Source: an uncultured Acidobacteriota bacterium (GTDB lineage: Bacteria > Acidobacteriota > Thermoanaerobaculia > Multivoradales > UBA5704). Taken from it: a DNA stretch of 64,000 nucleotides. The stretch covers positions 1,824,001 through 1,888,000 of the forward strand of contig CAVYRF010000001.1 in assembly GCA_963770895.1 (NCBI GenBank), written 5' to 3'. The notes beneath the pieces were generated by a model. That model was not told the origin of the DNA and did not search any database. It saw only the letters and a list, made by a program, of their open reading frames with translations. Both the position numbers and the translations under genes were made by a program. Positions 47,208-57,417 of the stretch are shown here, one piece after another (the stretch's first letter is position 1; each line of letters begins with the position of its first letter).

Positions 47208-50111
47208 ATGGATCGTGCCAGTGGGTATCGAGCTGAGCAGGCCAACGTTCGGACCTTCGATCGCAACGGCGTGCCGCGGTCACGAACTGCCGACGCCAGG
47301 CGCGCCAGGCCCGCGACTGCCGCGGCTGCCGCGGAGCTTGCGGCGCTGGCCGCGCCGGCGGCGCTCGACGCCCTGGGCGACCCGTTCTTCCTCCTCGATC
47401 GCGACTTTCGACTGACGTATGTCAATGCGGCGGCGGCGACCTACGCCGGCGTGCGCCGCTCCGAGCTGCTCGGCAAGCTGATCTGGGAGGTGTTCGCCGG
47501 CCGCCTGGACGAAGCGGTCAAGCAGGGCCTGCGCCAGGCGATGAGCGAGCGCGTGCAGCTCGACCTGGAGGACTTCGATCCGCTGCTGGCGCGCTGGTAC
47601 CGCCTGCGCGTCTATCCGGTGGACGCGGCCAGCCCGACCGACGCCGCCGGCACCCTCGGCACCGCCGGCGGGGCGGCCGCGGCAGGCGCGGCCACCCCGG
47701 CAACCGCGGCGACCGCGGCAGCCAGCGGCGGCCTCGCCGTGCTGGCCATCGCCAACACCGAGCGCAAGCGCGCCGAACAGGCGACGGCGGTGCTCGCCGC
47801 CGCCAGCCGCCTGCTGACCGGCCTGGCGGATGCGCCGGCGACGATCAACAGCATCGCCCGGCTGGCCGTGCCGCACCTGGCCGACTGGTGCACCGTCGAC
47901 GTGCTGGCGGCCCAGGGCGAGCTGCGCAAGGTGGCGGTGGCGCACCAGGACCCGGCCAAGGTGGAGCTGGCGCGTGAGATCGAGATGCGCTACCCGCCCA
48001 ACGCCCGCTCGGCGGGCATCGCCTGGGTGCTTTCGAGCGGTGAATCGCTGCTGCAGTCCGAGATCACCGACGACGGGCTGCGCGCCTTCGCCGTCGACGC
48101 CGAGCACCTGCGCCTGCTGCGCTCGCTGGGGTTGCGCTCGACCATGCTGGTGCCGCTGCTGGCGCGCGGGCACGTGCTGGGCATCATGGTTTTCATCGCC
48201 GCCGAGTCGGGGCGGATCTATACCCCCGAGGATCTGCACGTCGCCGAGGAGCTGGCGCACCGCGCCGCCCTGGCGCTCGACAACGCGCGGCTCTACGCCG
48301 AGGCGCGCCGCATCGTGCAGGTCTGCCCGGTGGGCATCGTCGTCGGCGACCGCACCGGCCGCATCCAGGATGCCAACGAGTCGCTGGCCCGCCTGCTCGG
48401 CTGGAGCCGCGACGAGCTGCTGGCCGGCGACATCAGCTGGCGCGAGCTGACGGCCGCCGGGCACCGCCACCTGGATCTGTCGGACGTCCACGGCGACATC
48501 GCCGGCGGCGACAGCCGCCTGCTGATCGAAAAGGACTACGTGACGCGAGACGGCAGGCACCTGCCGGCACTGGCGGGCACGGCGCGTCTGACCGGTTGCG
48601 GCGATTCGTTCATCACCTTCGTGCTCGACATGACCGAGCGCCGGCGGGTCGAAAGGAACCTGGCGCAGCTGTGGCGCCGCGAGCAGGAGGCGCGGGCGCG
48701 CTGCTACGACGCCGAGCACCGGGCGCGCACCGACGCCGAAGCGGCGAGCCGCGCCAAGGACGAGTTCCTGGCCATGTTGAGCCACGAGCTGCGCAACCCG
48801 CTGGCGCCCATCCTGGCCTCCGTCGCGATCCTCCGCCATCGCCACCGGGAGGGTTCGCGCGACGGCGCCTCGCTCGCCATGATCGACCGCCAGGCACGCC
48901 ACATGTCGCGGCTGGTGGACGACCTGCTCGACGTGTCGCGGATCGCCAGCGGCAAGCTGGAGCTGCGGCGTCAGGCCGTCGATCTGGGGGAGGTGGTGCG
49001 CCGCGCCCAGGAAACCTGCCAGGCGCTGTTCGACGCCGGCGGCCAGCGGCTGAAGCTCGATCTGCCGGCCGCCCCGGTGCGCCTCTTTGCCGATCCGGCG
49101 CGCCTGGAGCAGCTGCTGTCCAACCTGCTCAACAACGCGGCAAAGTTCACCGGCACGGCGGGGGACGTCACTGTCGACGTGCGCGTGGAGGCGGAGGGCG
49201 GCGGCACCGTCGCGGCCAGCGCCGCCGCCACCGCCGCCGCCGATGCGAGCGGCGGTGGCCCTGGCAGCGGCGGCGGCGGTGGCGGGCGGGCGGTGGTGCG
49301 GGTGCGCGACAACGGCATCGGCATCCCGGCGCCGATGCTGCCCCATATCTTCGACGCGTTCTACCAGGGAGGAGGGTCGATGGTCCGCTCGGGCGAGGGC
49401 CTGGGCCTGGGCTTGACCCTTGTCAAGCGCCTGGTCGAGCTGCACGGCGGCACGGTCGAGGCGATCTCCGAAGGGCCGGGCCGCGGCACCGAGATCGTGG
49501 TGCGGCTGCCGCTGCCGTTTCCCGCCTTCGCGGCGCCGGTGGCGGCGGCGCCCGACCTGGGCCGGCCGGCGATCCTGGCCGGCCGCCGGAGCCGCGACGC
49601 CGGCGCGCGGCGGACGGCGGCGGATGCGCCGCCTGCCGCTGCCGGCACCCCCGGCCTCCGCCCCGGCCCCGGCCTTGCTGTGTCACCGCCGCCGCACCGC
49701 CGGGCCAGCGACCGCCGCCGCCTGGGCCGCGGCCGCCGCCCGCGCCCGCTGCGCCTGCTGGTCGTCGAGGACCACCTGGATGCCGGCACGGCGCTGACCG
49801 ACCTGCTGCGCCTGTGGGGCCACCAGGTCGAACACGCCGTCGACGGTCCGGCGGCGCTCGCCGCGGTGGACTGCTGGCAGCCCGACGCGGTGCTGCTCGA
49901 CCTGGGTCTGCCGGGTTGCGACGGCTACGAGGTGGCCCGCCGCCTCGGCGAGCGCGGCGCGCAGCCGCCGGCCCTGGTGGTTGCCGTCAGCGGCTACGGT
50001 CAGCCGCAGGACCGCGACCGCGCCCGCCAGGCCGGCATCCACCGTCATCTGACCAAGCCGGTCGATCTGGAGGCTCTGCGCAGCCTGCTGGACGGCCTGC
50101 CCTGCGCCTGA
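47208..50111 (+). CDS. Hybrid sensor histidine kinase (PAS-GAF-PAS-HisKA-HATPase-REC)
   Basis: LSHELRNPL, NLLNNAAKFT, DNGIGI, GLGLGL, LLDLGLP. Confidence 0.93.
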   Translation: MDRASGYRAEQANVRTFDRNGVPRSRTADARRARPATAAAAAELAALAAPAALDALGDPFFLLDRDFRLTYVNAAAATYAGVRRSELLGKLIWEVFAGRLDEAVKQGLRQAMSERVQLDLEDFDPLLARWYRLRVYPVDAASPTDAAGTLGTAGGAAAAGAATPATAATAAASGGLAVLAIANTERKRAEQATAVLAAASRLLTGLADAPATINSIARLAVPHLADWCTVDVLAAQGELRKVAVAHQDPAKVELAREIEMRYPPNARSAGIAWVLSSGESLLQSEITDDGLRAFAVDAEHLRLLRSLGLRSTMLVPLLARGHVLGIMVFIAAESGRIYTPEDLHVAEELAHRAALALDNARLYAEARRIVQVCPVGIVVGDRTGRIQDANESLARLLGWSRDELLAGDISWRELTAAGHRHLDLSDVHGDIAGGDSRLLIEKDYVTRDGRHLPALAGTARLTGCGDSFITFVLDMTERRRVERNLAQLWRREQEARARCYDAEHRARTDAEAASRAKDEFLAMLSHELRNPLAPILASVAILRHRHREGSRDGASLAMIDRQARHMSRLVDDLLDVSRIASGKLELRRQAVDLGEVVRRAQETCQALFDAGGQRLKLDLPAAPVRLFADPARLEQLLSNLLNNAAKFTGTAGDVTVDVRVEAEGGGTVAASAAATAAADASGGGPGSGGGGGGRAVVRVRDNGIGIPAPMLPHIFDAFYQGGGSMVRSGEGLGLGLTLVKRLVELHGGTVEAISEGPGRGTEIVVRLPLPFPAFAAPVAAAPDLGRPAILAGRRSRDAGARRTAADAPPAAAGTPGLRPGPGLAVSPPPHRRASDRRRLGRGRRPRPLRLLVVEDHLDAGTALTDLLRLWGHQVEHAVDGPAALAAVDCWQPDAVLLDLGLPGCDGYEVARRLGERGAQPPALVVAVSGYGQPQDRDRARQAGIHRHLTKPVDLEALRSLLDGLPCA

Positions 50112-50186
50112 CAGCCGCCAAACACATCCCGCCTTCCCCTCCCGGGCGCCGCCAACCGGCGCCCGGCACCCCTCCGGCCGGGGCTC

Positions 50187-52259
50187 CTACGGCGCCGTGT
50201 AGGCCAGCACGCCGTGGCCGGCGGTCGCCAGGTAGAGCGTGCCCGGGTTGCGCGGGTCGAGCGCCAGCACGGAGTAGGTCTGGGTGACCACCGGTCCGCG
50301 TGTGAGCGGCGGCAGGCCGGACAGCAGCGGCTGCCAGCTGGCGCCGCCGTTGGTGCTGCGATAGACGCCGATGGTGCTCGCCGCCGCGTACAGCGTCGTC
50401 GGCGCGAGCGGGTCGATGGCGAACAGCAGCTGATTGCCCGCGTGCGGCAGGCCGTTGTCCATGGGGTGCCAATGGGCGCCGCCGTCCGGGCTGCGCCAGA
50501 CCCCGCCGAAGATGTCGGCGACGTACAGGCGCGCCGGATCGAGCGGATGCACCAGCAGTGCGCCCACCGGCGGCGCCGCATCGACCACCTGCCAGGTGGC
50601 GCCGGCATCGGCGGAGGCGTAGAGAACGGTGTTGCCGTTGACCCCCGTCCGGGCGAAGCCGTACAGGCTGGAGGTGCGGGACGGCGCGACGGCGATCGCG
50701 TCCAGCGGCGGGCTCAGACAGCTCCAGGTGGTGCCGCCGTCCTGGCTGGCAAAGGCGGTGCACTCGACACTCGCCTGCGGCGTGCAGGCGGTCAGCAGCG
50801 CGCCGGTGGCATACAGGGTCGGGGCCAGCCCCGCCCCCGCCGCCACCACGGCCAGCGACTCGACGCTGATGCAGGCGGCGGCGCCGTGGGCGTCCACGGG
50901 GTCGATCTGGTGCCAGGTGACGCCGCCGTCCAGGCTTTCGCCCAGGCCGGCAAGGGCGCCCAGGTAGACGTGCGACGGGTTGGCGCCGTCGACCGCCAGG
51001 GTCGGCGCGACGAGGTTTGCCGGGATGCCGGCGCCCACGGCGGGCGCGCCGCGCCACCGGCCGCCGGCGTTCCTGCTCACCGCGATCCCCTGGCCGGCGA
51101 CGTAGGCGACCAGCAGGGAACCGGTCGGGGTGGCGGCCGGGTCTGCCGCCAGCGCCGTCACGCTGGTCGCCGACAGGTGGTTGTCGGCAAGCTGCCAGCT
51201 GTGGCCGCCGTCGGCCGAGCGCAGCACGCCCAGGTTGGCGCCCCCGGCATACAGACTGAGCGGCGAATCGCCGGCGGCGTAGGCCAGCACGCTGTCGGGC
51301 GGCGCGGCGATCGCCGTCCACGTCACGCCGCCGTCGGTGCTGCGCAAGGCGCCGGCCACCACGGTGTGGGCGGGCCCGACCGCCAGCGGATAGCCGCCGG
51401 GACCGGTCAGGTGCCAGCTGGCGCCGGCGTCGGCGCTGCGGTAGGTGACCGCCGCCGGATGCTGCGGGTTGCCGCCGGGCGCCAGCGAGAACGCCAGCAG
51501 CATCGCTCCGGGCGGCGCCGGGTCGACCGCCAGCTGCCACCCCAGAAAGGTGGACGTGCCCGATGCCATGGCCGGCGGCGTCGGCAGCGCGGCAGACAGG
51601 TCGACGAGCGCCGCACCGGGGCTGGCGACACCGTACAGGTGCAGGCCGTCGGCGGCCAACACCAGGGCGAACATGCGGTGGTGCACCGGGTCGGCGGCCA
51701 CCTGCACGGTCAAGCCGTCGCCGAAGTCGTAGCTGGCGGCCAGGGTGTGTCCGCCGTCGGTCGCCACCAGCAGCCGCGTGGTGGTGCCGCCGTAGATGGT
51801 GCCCGGCGTGCGGGGGTCGGCGGCGACGCTGACCATGGCGTCGGTCTGGTCCGCGTCGGCGCTGGCCACCAGGGCGGTGCCCGACCAGGTGGCGCCGGCG
51901 TCGGCGCTGGCGAAGACGCTGTTCAGCGCGGCGGCATAGACGGTCGACGTGCCGTGCGGGTCGACCGCCACGGCGACGATGCGGTCGTCCAGCAGGCCGT
52001 GGCCGGTGGCGGCCCAGGTGGTGCCGCCGTCGGTGCTGGTGAACATCCCGCCGGCGGGGGCTCCCGCATAGACCAGCTGGGGATTGGCCGGATCGACGGC
52101 GACCGCCGCGATGGCGCCGCCGTTCGGCCCGATCGGGCTCCAGAAGCCGACCGCCGCGGCGAGCGGCGGCGCCGCCGCCACCGCTACGACCGCTGCCACC
52201 GCCGCCAGGGCAAGGGTCGCTGCGACGCAGGAAAACGGTGTTTGCGATGAGGATCTCAT
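50187..52259 (-). CDS. Secreted BNR/Asp-box beta-propeller protein
   Basis: Many S.DGG.TW repeats; signal peptide. Confidence 0.85.
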   Translation of the reverse strand: MRSSSQTPFSCVAATLALAAVAAVVAVAAAPPLAAAVGFWSPIGPNGGAIAAVAVDPANPQLVYAGAPAGGMFTSTDGGTTWAATGHGLLDDRIVAVAVDPHGTSTVYAAALNSVFASADAGATWSGTALVASADADQTDAMVSVAADPRTPGTIYGGTTTRLLVATDGGHTLAASYDFGDGLTVQVAADPVHHRMFALVLAADGLHLYGVASPGAALVDLSAALPTPPAMASGTSTFLGWQLAVDPAPPGAMLLAFSLAPGGNPQHPAAVTYRSADAGASWHLTGPGGYPLAVGPAHTVVAGALRSTDGGVTWTAIAAPPDSVLAYAAGDSPLSLYAGGANLGVLRSADGGHSWQLADNHLSATSVTALAADPAATPTGSLLVAYVAGQGIAVSRNAGGRWRGAPAVGAGIPANLVAPTLAVDGANPSHVYLGALAGLGESLDGGVTWHQIDPVDAHGAAACISVESLAVVAAGAGLAPTLYATGALLTACTPQASVECTAFASQDGGTTWSCLSPPLDAIAVAPSRTSSLYGFARTGVNGNTVLYASADAGATWQVVDAAPPVGALLVHPLDPARLYVADIFGGVWRSPDGGAHWHPMDNGLPHAGNQLLFAIDPLAPTTLYAAASTIGVYRSTNGGASWQPLLSGLPPLTRGPVVTQTYSVLALDPRNPGTLYLATAGHGVLAYTAP

Positions 52260-52266
52260 ACTGATC

Positions 52267-53907
52267 TCAGGCGTCGCTGCCGGCCGCGGCGTTACGCGCC
52301 GCCGCGGCTTCGTCGCCGCGCTCCATCGCCAGCTCGACCTCCAGGCTCTGGTGATCGCGGAAGATGGTGGCGACGGCGCGCAGGCGCCCGCCCTGGCGGT
52401 AGGCGACGGCGGCGTCGCGATCGGCCAGCGAGCCCGCGACGCTGGCCTGCACGTCTCCCGCGGCGGCATGGCCGACGTAGGACACCTGGACGTCGTAGTG
52501 CTGGCTCCAGAAAAACGGCGCGGCGTCGAAGCGCTGGCGGCGGCCCAGCATGTTGGCGGCGGCCGTCTGCCCCTGGCGCTCGGCCACCACCCAGTGCTCG
52601 ACCCGCATCCGGTCGCTGGAATAGGGGTCGGGCCAGCGCGCGATGTCGCCGGCGGCAAAGATGCCGGGGACCGAAGTCTCCAGGTATTCGTCCACCGTCA
52701 CGCCGCGGTCGACCGCCATGCCCGCCGCTTCGGCCAGCGCCACCGCCGGGCGCACGCCGACGCCCATGACCACCAGGTCGGCGGGCAGGCGCTCGCCGCC
52801 TTCCAGAGTCACCGCCGCGGCGTCGATGGCGGCCGGCCGCGCGCCCAGGCGGAAGGCGACGCCGTGCTCCTCGTGCAGGCCGCGCACCCAGGCGCCGACC
52901 TCCGCCCCCAGCACGTGCTGCAGCGGCGCCGCCCCGGGCGCCACCACGGTGACCGCGACCTCGCGGGCGCGCAGCGCGGCGGCGACTTCCAGCCCGATGA
53001 AGCTGGCGCCCACGATCACGGCGCGCGGCGCCGGGCCGGCGGCGCGCAGCGCCAGGACCTTGGCGATCAGGGCGCGGCTGTCGGCCAGGCTGCGCAAGGT
53101 GAAGACGTGCGGCAGATCGGCGCCCGGCAGGTCGAGCCGCACCGGCTCGGCGCCGGTCGCCAGCAGCAGCGCGCCAAAGGGCAGGGTCGCGCCGTCGGCC
53201 AGCGTGACGCTCTTGCCCTGCGGGTCGATCGCCGTGACGCGGGTGCCCAGGCGCAGATCGATGCGCAACTGGTCGTACAGCTCGCGCGGGTGGAGCGGGA
53301 TCCACTCCTCGGGCGCGTTGCCGGCCAGGAAGTCCTTGGACAGGTTGGGGCGGTCGTACGGCGCCGCCTCGTCGGCGCTGAGCAGCGTCAGCGGCCCGTC
53401 GTAGCCCAGGTGGCGCAGGCGCTGCGCGGCGGCGTTGCCGGCGGCGCCGCCGCCGACGATGACGATCGACGACGGCGGCTCGGGCGCTCCGGCCGCCGGT
53501 TGCGCGGCGGCGGCCGGCGCCAGCTTCTCGCGCACGAACACGCGGTCGCCCTGGCGTTCGACGCGGTAGCGGGGCAGCGGGTTGAGCGCCGGAGCGTGCA
53601 GCGCGTCGCCGGTGCGCAAGCTGAAGCAGGCGTGGTGCCACGGACAGCGCACCGTGTCGCCGACCACCAGCCCGTCGGCCAGCGGCCCACCGTAGTGGGT
53701 GCAGTTGGCGGCGACGGCGAAGACCTGGTCGCCCACCCGCGCCAGCAGCACCGGCTCGCCGTGGGCGTGGCCCACCAGGCAGCGGCGGGACGCGGCGACG
53801 CCGGGCGCGTCGTGCGCGTCGGCAGAGCCGGCGGCGCCGTCGCCGATCTGCGCCAACGCCACTCCTTGTGTCAGGTCGGGACCGCTCAGCTGGGGCTCGC
53901 CGCTCAT
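52267..53907 (-). CDS. Rieske 2Fe-2S plus FAD/NAD(P) reductase (AIF-like)
   Basis: CTHYG...CPWH, GGGAAG, YDRPNLSK, GASFIG, PFFWSQHY. Confidence 0.92.
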   Translation of the reverse strand: MSGEPQLSGPDLTQGVALAQIGDGAAGSADAHDAPGVAASRRCLVGHAHGEPVLLARVGDQVFAVAANCTHYGGPLADGLVVGDTVRCPWHHACFSLRTGDALHAPALNPLPRYRVERQGDRVFVREKLAPAAAAQPAAGAPEPPSSIVIVGGGAAGNAAAQRLRHLGYDGPLTLLSADEAAPYDRPNLSKDFLAGNAPEEWIPLHPRELYDQLRIDLRLGTRVTAIDPQGKSVTLADGATLPFGALLLATGAEPVRLDLPGADLPHVFTLRSLADSRALIAKVLALRAAGPAPRAVIVGASFIGLEVAAALRAREVAVTVVAPGAAPLQHVLGAEVGAWVRGLHEEHGVAFRLGARPAAIDAAAVTLEGGERLPADLVVMGVGVRPAVALAEAAGMAVDRGVTVDEYLETSVPGIFAAGDIARWPDPYSSDRMRVEHWVVAERQGQTAAANMLGRRQRFDAAPFFWSQHYDVQVSYVGHAAAGDVQASVAGSLADRDAAVAYRQGGRLRAVATIFRDHQSLEVELAMERGDEAAAARNAAAGSDA

Positions 53908-54036
53908 CAGATGGTGCCTGCCGATCTGGCCCGGGAGGCCGTCATGCGGTGCGGCAGGAGGGCCGGCCCGCCGCTCCGGCCGTCCGCGCCCATCCTATGA
54001 CACGCCGCCAGGGTGCGGCGTAACGCCGGGTGCGGC

Positions 54037-55812
54037 TTACGGCTTCTTGCGCAGCGGCTCGGCGACGTAGTGGCGGACCGCGGGGCGGTCGCCGCTGCGC
54101 TGGTAGTGCCGCGCCTCGGCCAGGATGTCCTGATCGGCCACCGTGCCGCGCTCGTGCTGGCGCAGGTGCTCCAGCCACGACTTGACGAGGAACACCTCGG
54201 CGTACACGCCGCTTTCGCCGGCGTCGGCGTACAGATCCCATTCCATGGCGCCGTCGCGCAGGCGGATCAGGCGCACCCGCCGCATGGCGCGGTTGAACTC
54301 CTCCTCCTCGCCGGCGGCGACGCTGTATTCGACCGTCACCAGCACCGGCCCGCGGTCCGGGTCCGGATCGAAGGCCAGGATCGGCGCCGGCATCTCCCGC
54401 GACGGCGCCAGGTTGGGCGCGTCGCCGCTGCGTAGCCGCAGGCGGTGCGTGGCGGCCAGCCCGACCACCATCCCGGCGGCCGACAGGCACAGCGCCCACG
54501 GCGCGCCCCACCGCTCGGCCAGGGCGCCCCACAGCGCGCTGCCGGCCGTCAGGCCGCCGTAGAAGACCAGCAGGTAGACCGACAGCGCCCGCGCCCGCAC
54601 CCACGACGGCACCGCGATCTGCACCGCCACGTTCAGGCTGGACAGCAGCGACAGCCAGGCGCTGCCGGCGGCGAACATCGCCACCAGCAGCAGCGGGAAG
54701 TTGCGCACCAGGGCCAGCGCCACCGTCGCCGCGGCGAACACCAGCGTCGCCGCCGCCGCCAGGGTGTTGCCCGACACCTCCCGGCGGATGCGCGGCAGCA
54801 GCATCGCCCCGCTCACCGCTCCGGCGCCCATCGCCGCCAGCAGCAGCCCGTAGCCGCCGGCACCGTGGCGCAGGTCGCGCGCCACCACCGGCAGCAGCGC
54901 CCACAGCGAGCCGCCGCACGCGATGAAGGCGCTGCCGCGCGCCAGCGGCGCCAGCACCTCGGGAGAGTGCCGCACGTAGCGCACGCCGGTGATGATGGCG
55001 CCCATCACGCGCTCGCCCGGCAGGTCGTTCTGCTCCGCGGGACGGCGCCAGAAATAGAGCACCGCGATGACGCCCAGGAAGGACACGGCGTTGAGCAGGA
55101 ACGTCCAACCGGCGCCCGCCGCGGCGACCAGCAACCCGCCCAGCGCCGGACCGGCGGCGCGGGCGATGTTGAAGCTGATGCTGTTAAGGGCGATCGCCCC
55201 CGCCAGCTCGGAGCGCGGCACCAGCTCGGGCATGATCGCCTGCCACGCCGGCGTGTTGGCGGCGGACCCCAGGCCGAGCAGAAAGGTGAAGCCCAGCAGG
55301 CTGGCCGGACCCGCGCGGTGGGTCAGCGCCAGCACCGCCAGGCCGCCGGCCGCCACGGTCATCCAGCTTTGCGTGACGATCAGCAGCTTGCGGCGGTCCA
55401 CCACGTCCGCCACCGCCCCCGCCGGCAGGGCCAACAGGAACGAAGGCAGGCTGGTCGCGGCCTGCACCAGGGCCACCAGCGTGGTGCTGGTGGTCAGCGA
55501 CGTCATCATCCACGAGGCGCCCACGTTCTGCAGCCAGGTGCCGATATTGGACGCCACCGAAGCCATCCACAACCAGCGGAACAGCTGGTTGCGCAGCGGC
55601 GACCACGCGGAAGGCGTGGAAGCGGTGGCAGGCGGTGCAGCCGCGGCAGGCGACGAAGGCGGTGAAGGCGGTGCCGCCGCTGCCGCGGTCGACGAAGCCG
55701 GCGCTGGCGGCGGGGGCGCAGCAGGCGTTGGCGGCGGTGGCGCCGGATGGGGGGCAGGGGGATCTGGCGCGGCGGCGTCCGGGGGAGCCGGGACCGGGAG
55801 CGAACGTTCCAT
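54037..55812 (-). CDS. MFS transporter (MFS_3/DUF894 type)
   Basis: SNIGTWLQ, GAVADVVDRR, NIARAAGP, C-terminal SWLEHLRQHER. Confidence 0.88.
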   Translation of the reverse strand: MERSLPVPAPPDAAAPDPPAPHPAPPPPTPAAPPPPAPASSTAAAAAPPSPPSSPAAAAPPATASTPSAWSPLRNQLFRWLWMASVASNIGTWLQNVGASWMMTSLTTSTTLVALVQAATSLPSFLLALPAGAVADVVDRRKLLIVTQSWMTVAAGGLAVLALTHRAGPASLLGFTFLLGLGSAANTPAWQAIMPELVPRSELAGAIALNSISFNIARAAGPALGGLLVAAAGAGWTFLLNAVSFLGVIAVLYFWRRPAEQNDLPGERVMGAIITGVRYVRHSPEVLAPLARGSAFIACGGSLWALLPVVARDLRHGAGGYGLLLAAMGAGAVSGAMLLPRIRREVSGNTLAAAATLVFAAATVALALVRNFPLLLVAMFAAGSAWLSLLSSLNVAVQIAVPSWVRARALSVYLLVFYGGLTAGSALWGALAERWGAPWALCLSAAGMVVGLAATHRLRLRSGDAPNLAPSREMPAPILAFDPDPDRGPVLVTVEYSVAAGEEEEFNRAMRRVRLIRLRDGAMEWDLYADAGESGVYAEVFLVKSWLEHLRQHERGTVADQDILAEARHYQRSGDRPAVRHYVAEPLRKKP

Positions 55813-55860
55813 CACCTGGGAGCATAGCCGAGTCGCCCCAGGCGTTATGATGCGCCGCGC

Positions 55861-57288
55861 ATGAACATGCACCTGCTGCCTCCCGCCGCCTTTCGCAGCC
55901 TGCTCGCCGAAGCCGGCATCCAACGGTTTTTCCTGGTCTGGGATGAGGACGCGGGCGAGCTCCGCGCCTCGCATCCGCTGCTCGCGCCGCTCGCCCGCCT
56001 GCTCGCCGCCGACCGCCGCGATTTCGACCGTCACGAAGGCGTCTTCGTGCAGATCGCGCCGGCCAGCGGCGTGCTGCAGGGCGCCTTCGTGCACCGCACC
56101 TGCCGCGGCCAGGCCGCGGGCGGCGTGCGCTACTGGCGCTACCCGACGATCGAGCACTTTCTGCGCGACGGCCTGCGCCTGGCGCGCGGCATGACCCACA
56201 AGAACGCCCTGGCCGGCCTCTGGTGGGGCGGCGGCAAGGGCGTGATGGTCCACGAACCGGCGGCCGGCGCCGCCGGCGGCGCCGGGGCCGGGGCCGATGC
56301 GGCGGCGGACCGCCGGCTGGTCTACGAAGAGTACGGCGACTTTCTCACCAGCCTGCGCGGCTGCTACGTCACCGCCGAAGACGTCGGCACCTCGCCGCAG
56401 GACATGGCGGCCATCTTCCGGCGCACCCGCTTCACCACCTGCATCCCGCCCGAGCTGGGCGGCAGCGGCAACCCCTCGGCGCCGACCGCGCGAGGCGTGG
56501 TGCGAGGGATGGAGGCGGCGCTGGCCTGGCGCCGGCAGGGCACCCTGGCGGGCAAGACCGTGACCGTCCAGGGGTTGGGCCACGTCGGCGAGCCGCTGGT
56601 CGATCTGCTGCGCCAGCGCGGCGTCGCCCGCGTCGTCGGCACCGACATCGACGCCGCGCGCGTCGCCGCGCTCACCCGCCGCCACGCCGCCGCGGCGCCC
56701 GGCTTTGCCCTGCAAGCCCGCGCCGTCGCGCCCGACGACGATGCCATCCTGGCCGAGCCCGCCGACATCTTCGCCCCCTGCGCCACCGGCGGCATCCTGG
56801 GCCCCGACACCATCCCGCGCCTCGCCGCCGGCATCGTCTGCGGCGCCGCCAACAACCAGCTGCTCGACGCCGACCGCGACGACCTGCTGCTGCACCAGCG
56901 CGGCATCCTCTACATGCCCGACTTCCTGGTCAACCGCATGGGCATCGTCAACTGCGCCGACGAACAGTACGGCTACGTCGGCGACGAAGACCCGCGCCTC
57001 CTCGACCACCTGGGAAGCCCAGGCGCCGACAGCAAGGATCCCGGCCAGCCAGCTGGGCAAGCCGCCGCCGACCGCTGGGACAACAGCATTTACAACCTGT
57101 CGCTCGCCATCCTGCGCGACGCCCAGCACTCCAACCAGCCGCCCGCCCGCATCGCCCTCCGCCTGGCCGAGCAGCGTTCGCGCGACCCGCACCCCCTATG
57201 GGGCCACCGCGGCGCCGCCATCATCCGCGCTCTCACCCGCCCCGGCCCCGCCGCCTGGCACCACGCCAGCACCCTCCCCGCCAGGTGA
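55861..57288 (+). CDS. Glu/Leu/Phe/Val dehydrogenase
   Basis: GMTHKNA, GGGKGV, TAEDVGT, QGLGHVG, CGAANNQL. Confidence 0.9.
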   Translation: MNMHLLPPAAFRSLLAEAGIQRFFLVWDEDAGELRASHPLLAPLARLLAADRRDFDRHEGVFVQIAPASGVLQGAFVHRTCRGQAAGGVRYWRYPTIEHFLRDGLRLARGMTHKNALAGLWWGGGKGVMVHEPAAGAAGGAGAGADAAADRRLVYEEYGDFLTSLRGCYVTAEDVGTSPQDMAAIFRRTRFTTCIPPELGGSGNPSAPTARGVVRGMEAALAWRRQGTLAGKTVTVQGLGHVGEPLVDLLRQRGVARVVGTDIDAARVAALTRRHAAAAPGFALQARAVAPDDDAILAEPADIFAPCATGGILGPDTIPRLAAGIVCGAANNQLLDADRDDLLLHQRGILYMPDFLVNRMGIVNCADEQYGYVGDEDPRLLDHLGSPGADSKDPGQPAGQAAADRWDNSIYNLSLAILRDAQHSNQPPARIALRLAEQRSRDPHPLWGHRGAAIIRALTRPGPAAWHHASTLPAR

Positions 57289-57417
57289 TACCGGAAGTGC
57301 CTTGACCTTCCGCTGGGAAGGGCGAGGAAGCCGGCACGGCAAGAGCCGGATGCTCAAGGCGCAGGACTGTCCAGGGCTGCCTCCAGCTGTGAATTTTCGT
57401 TGACTTATACTGACGAT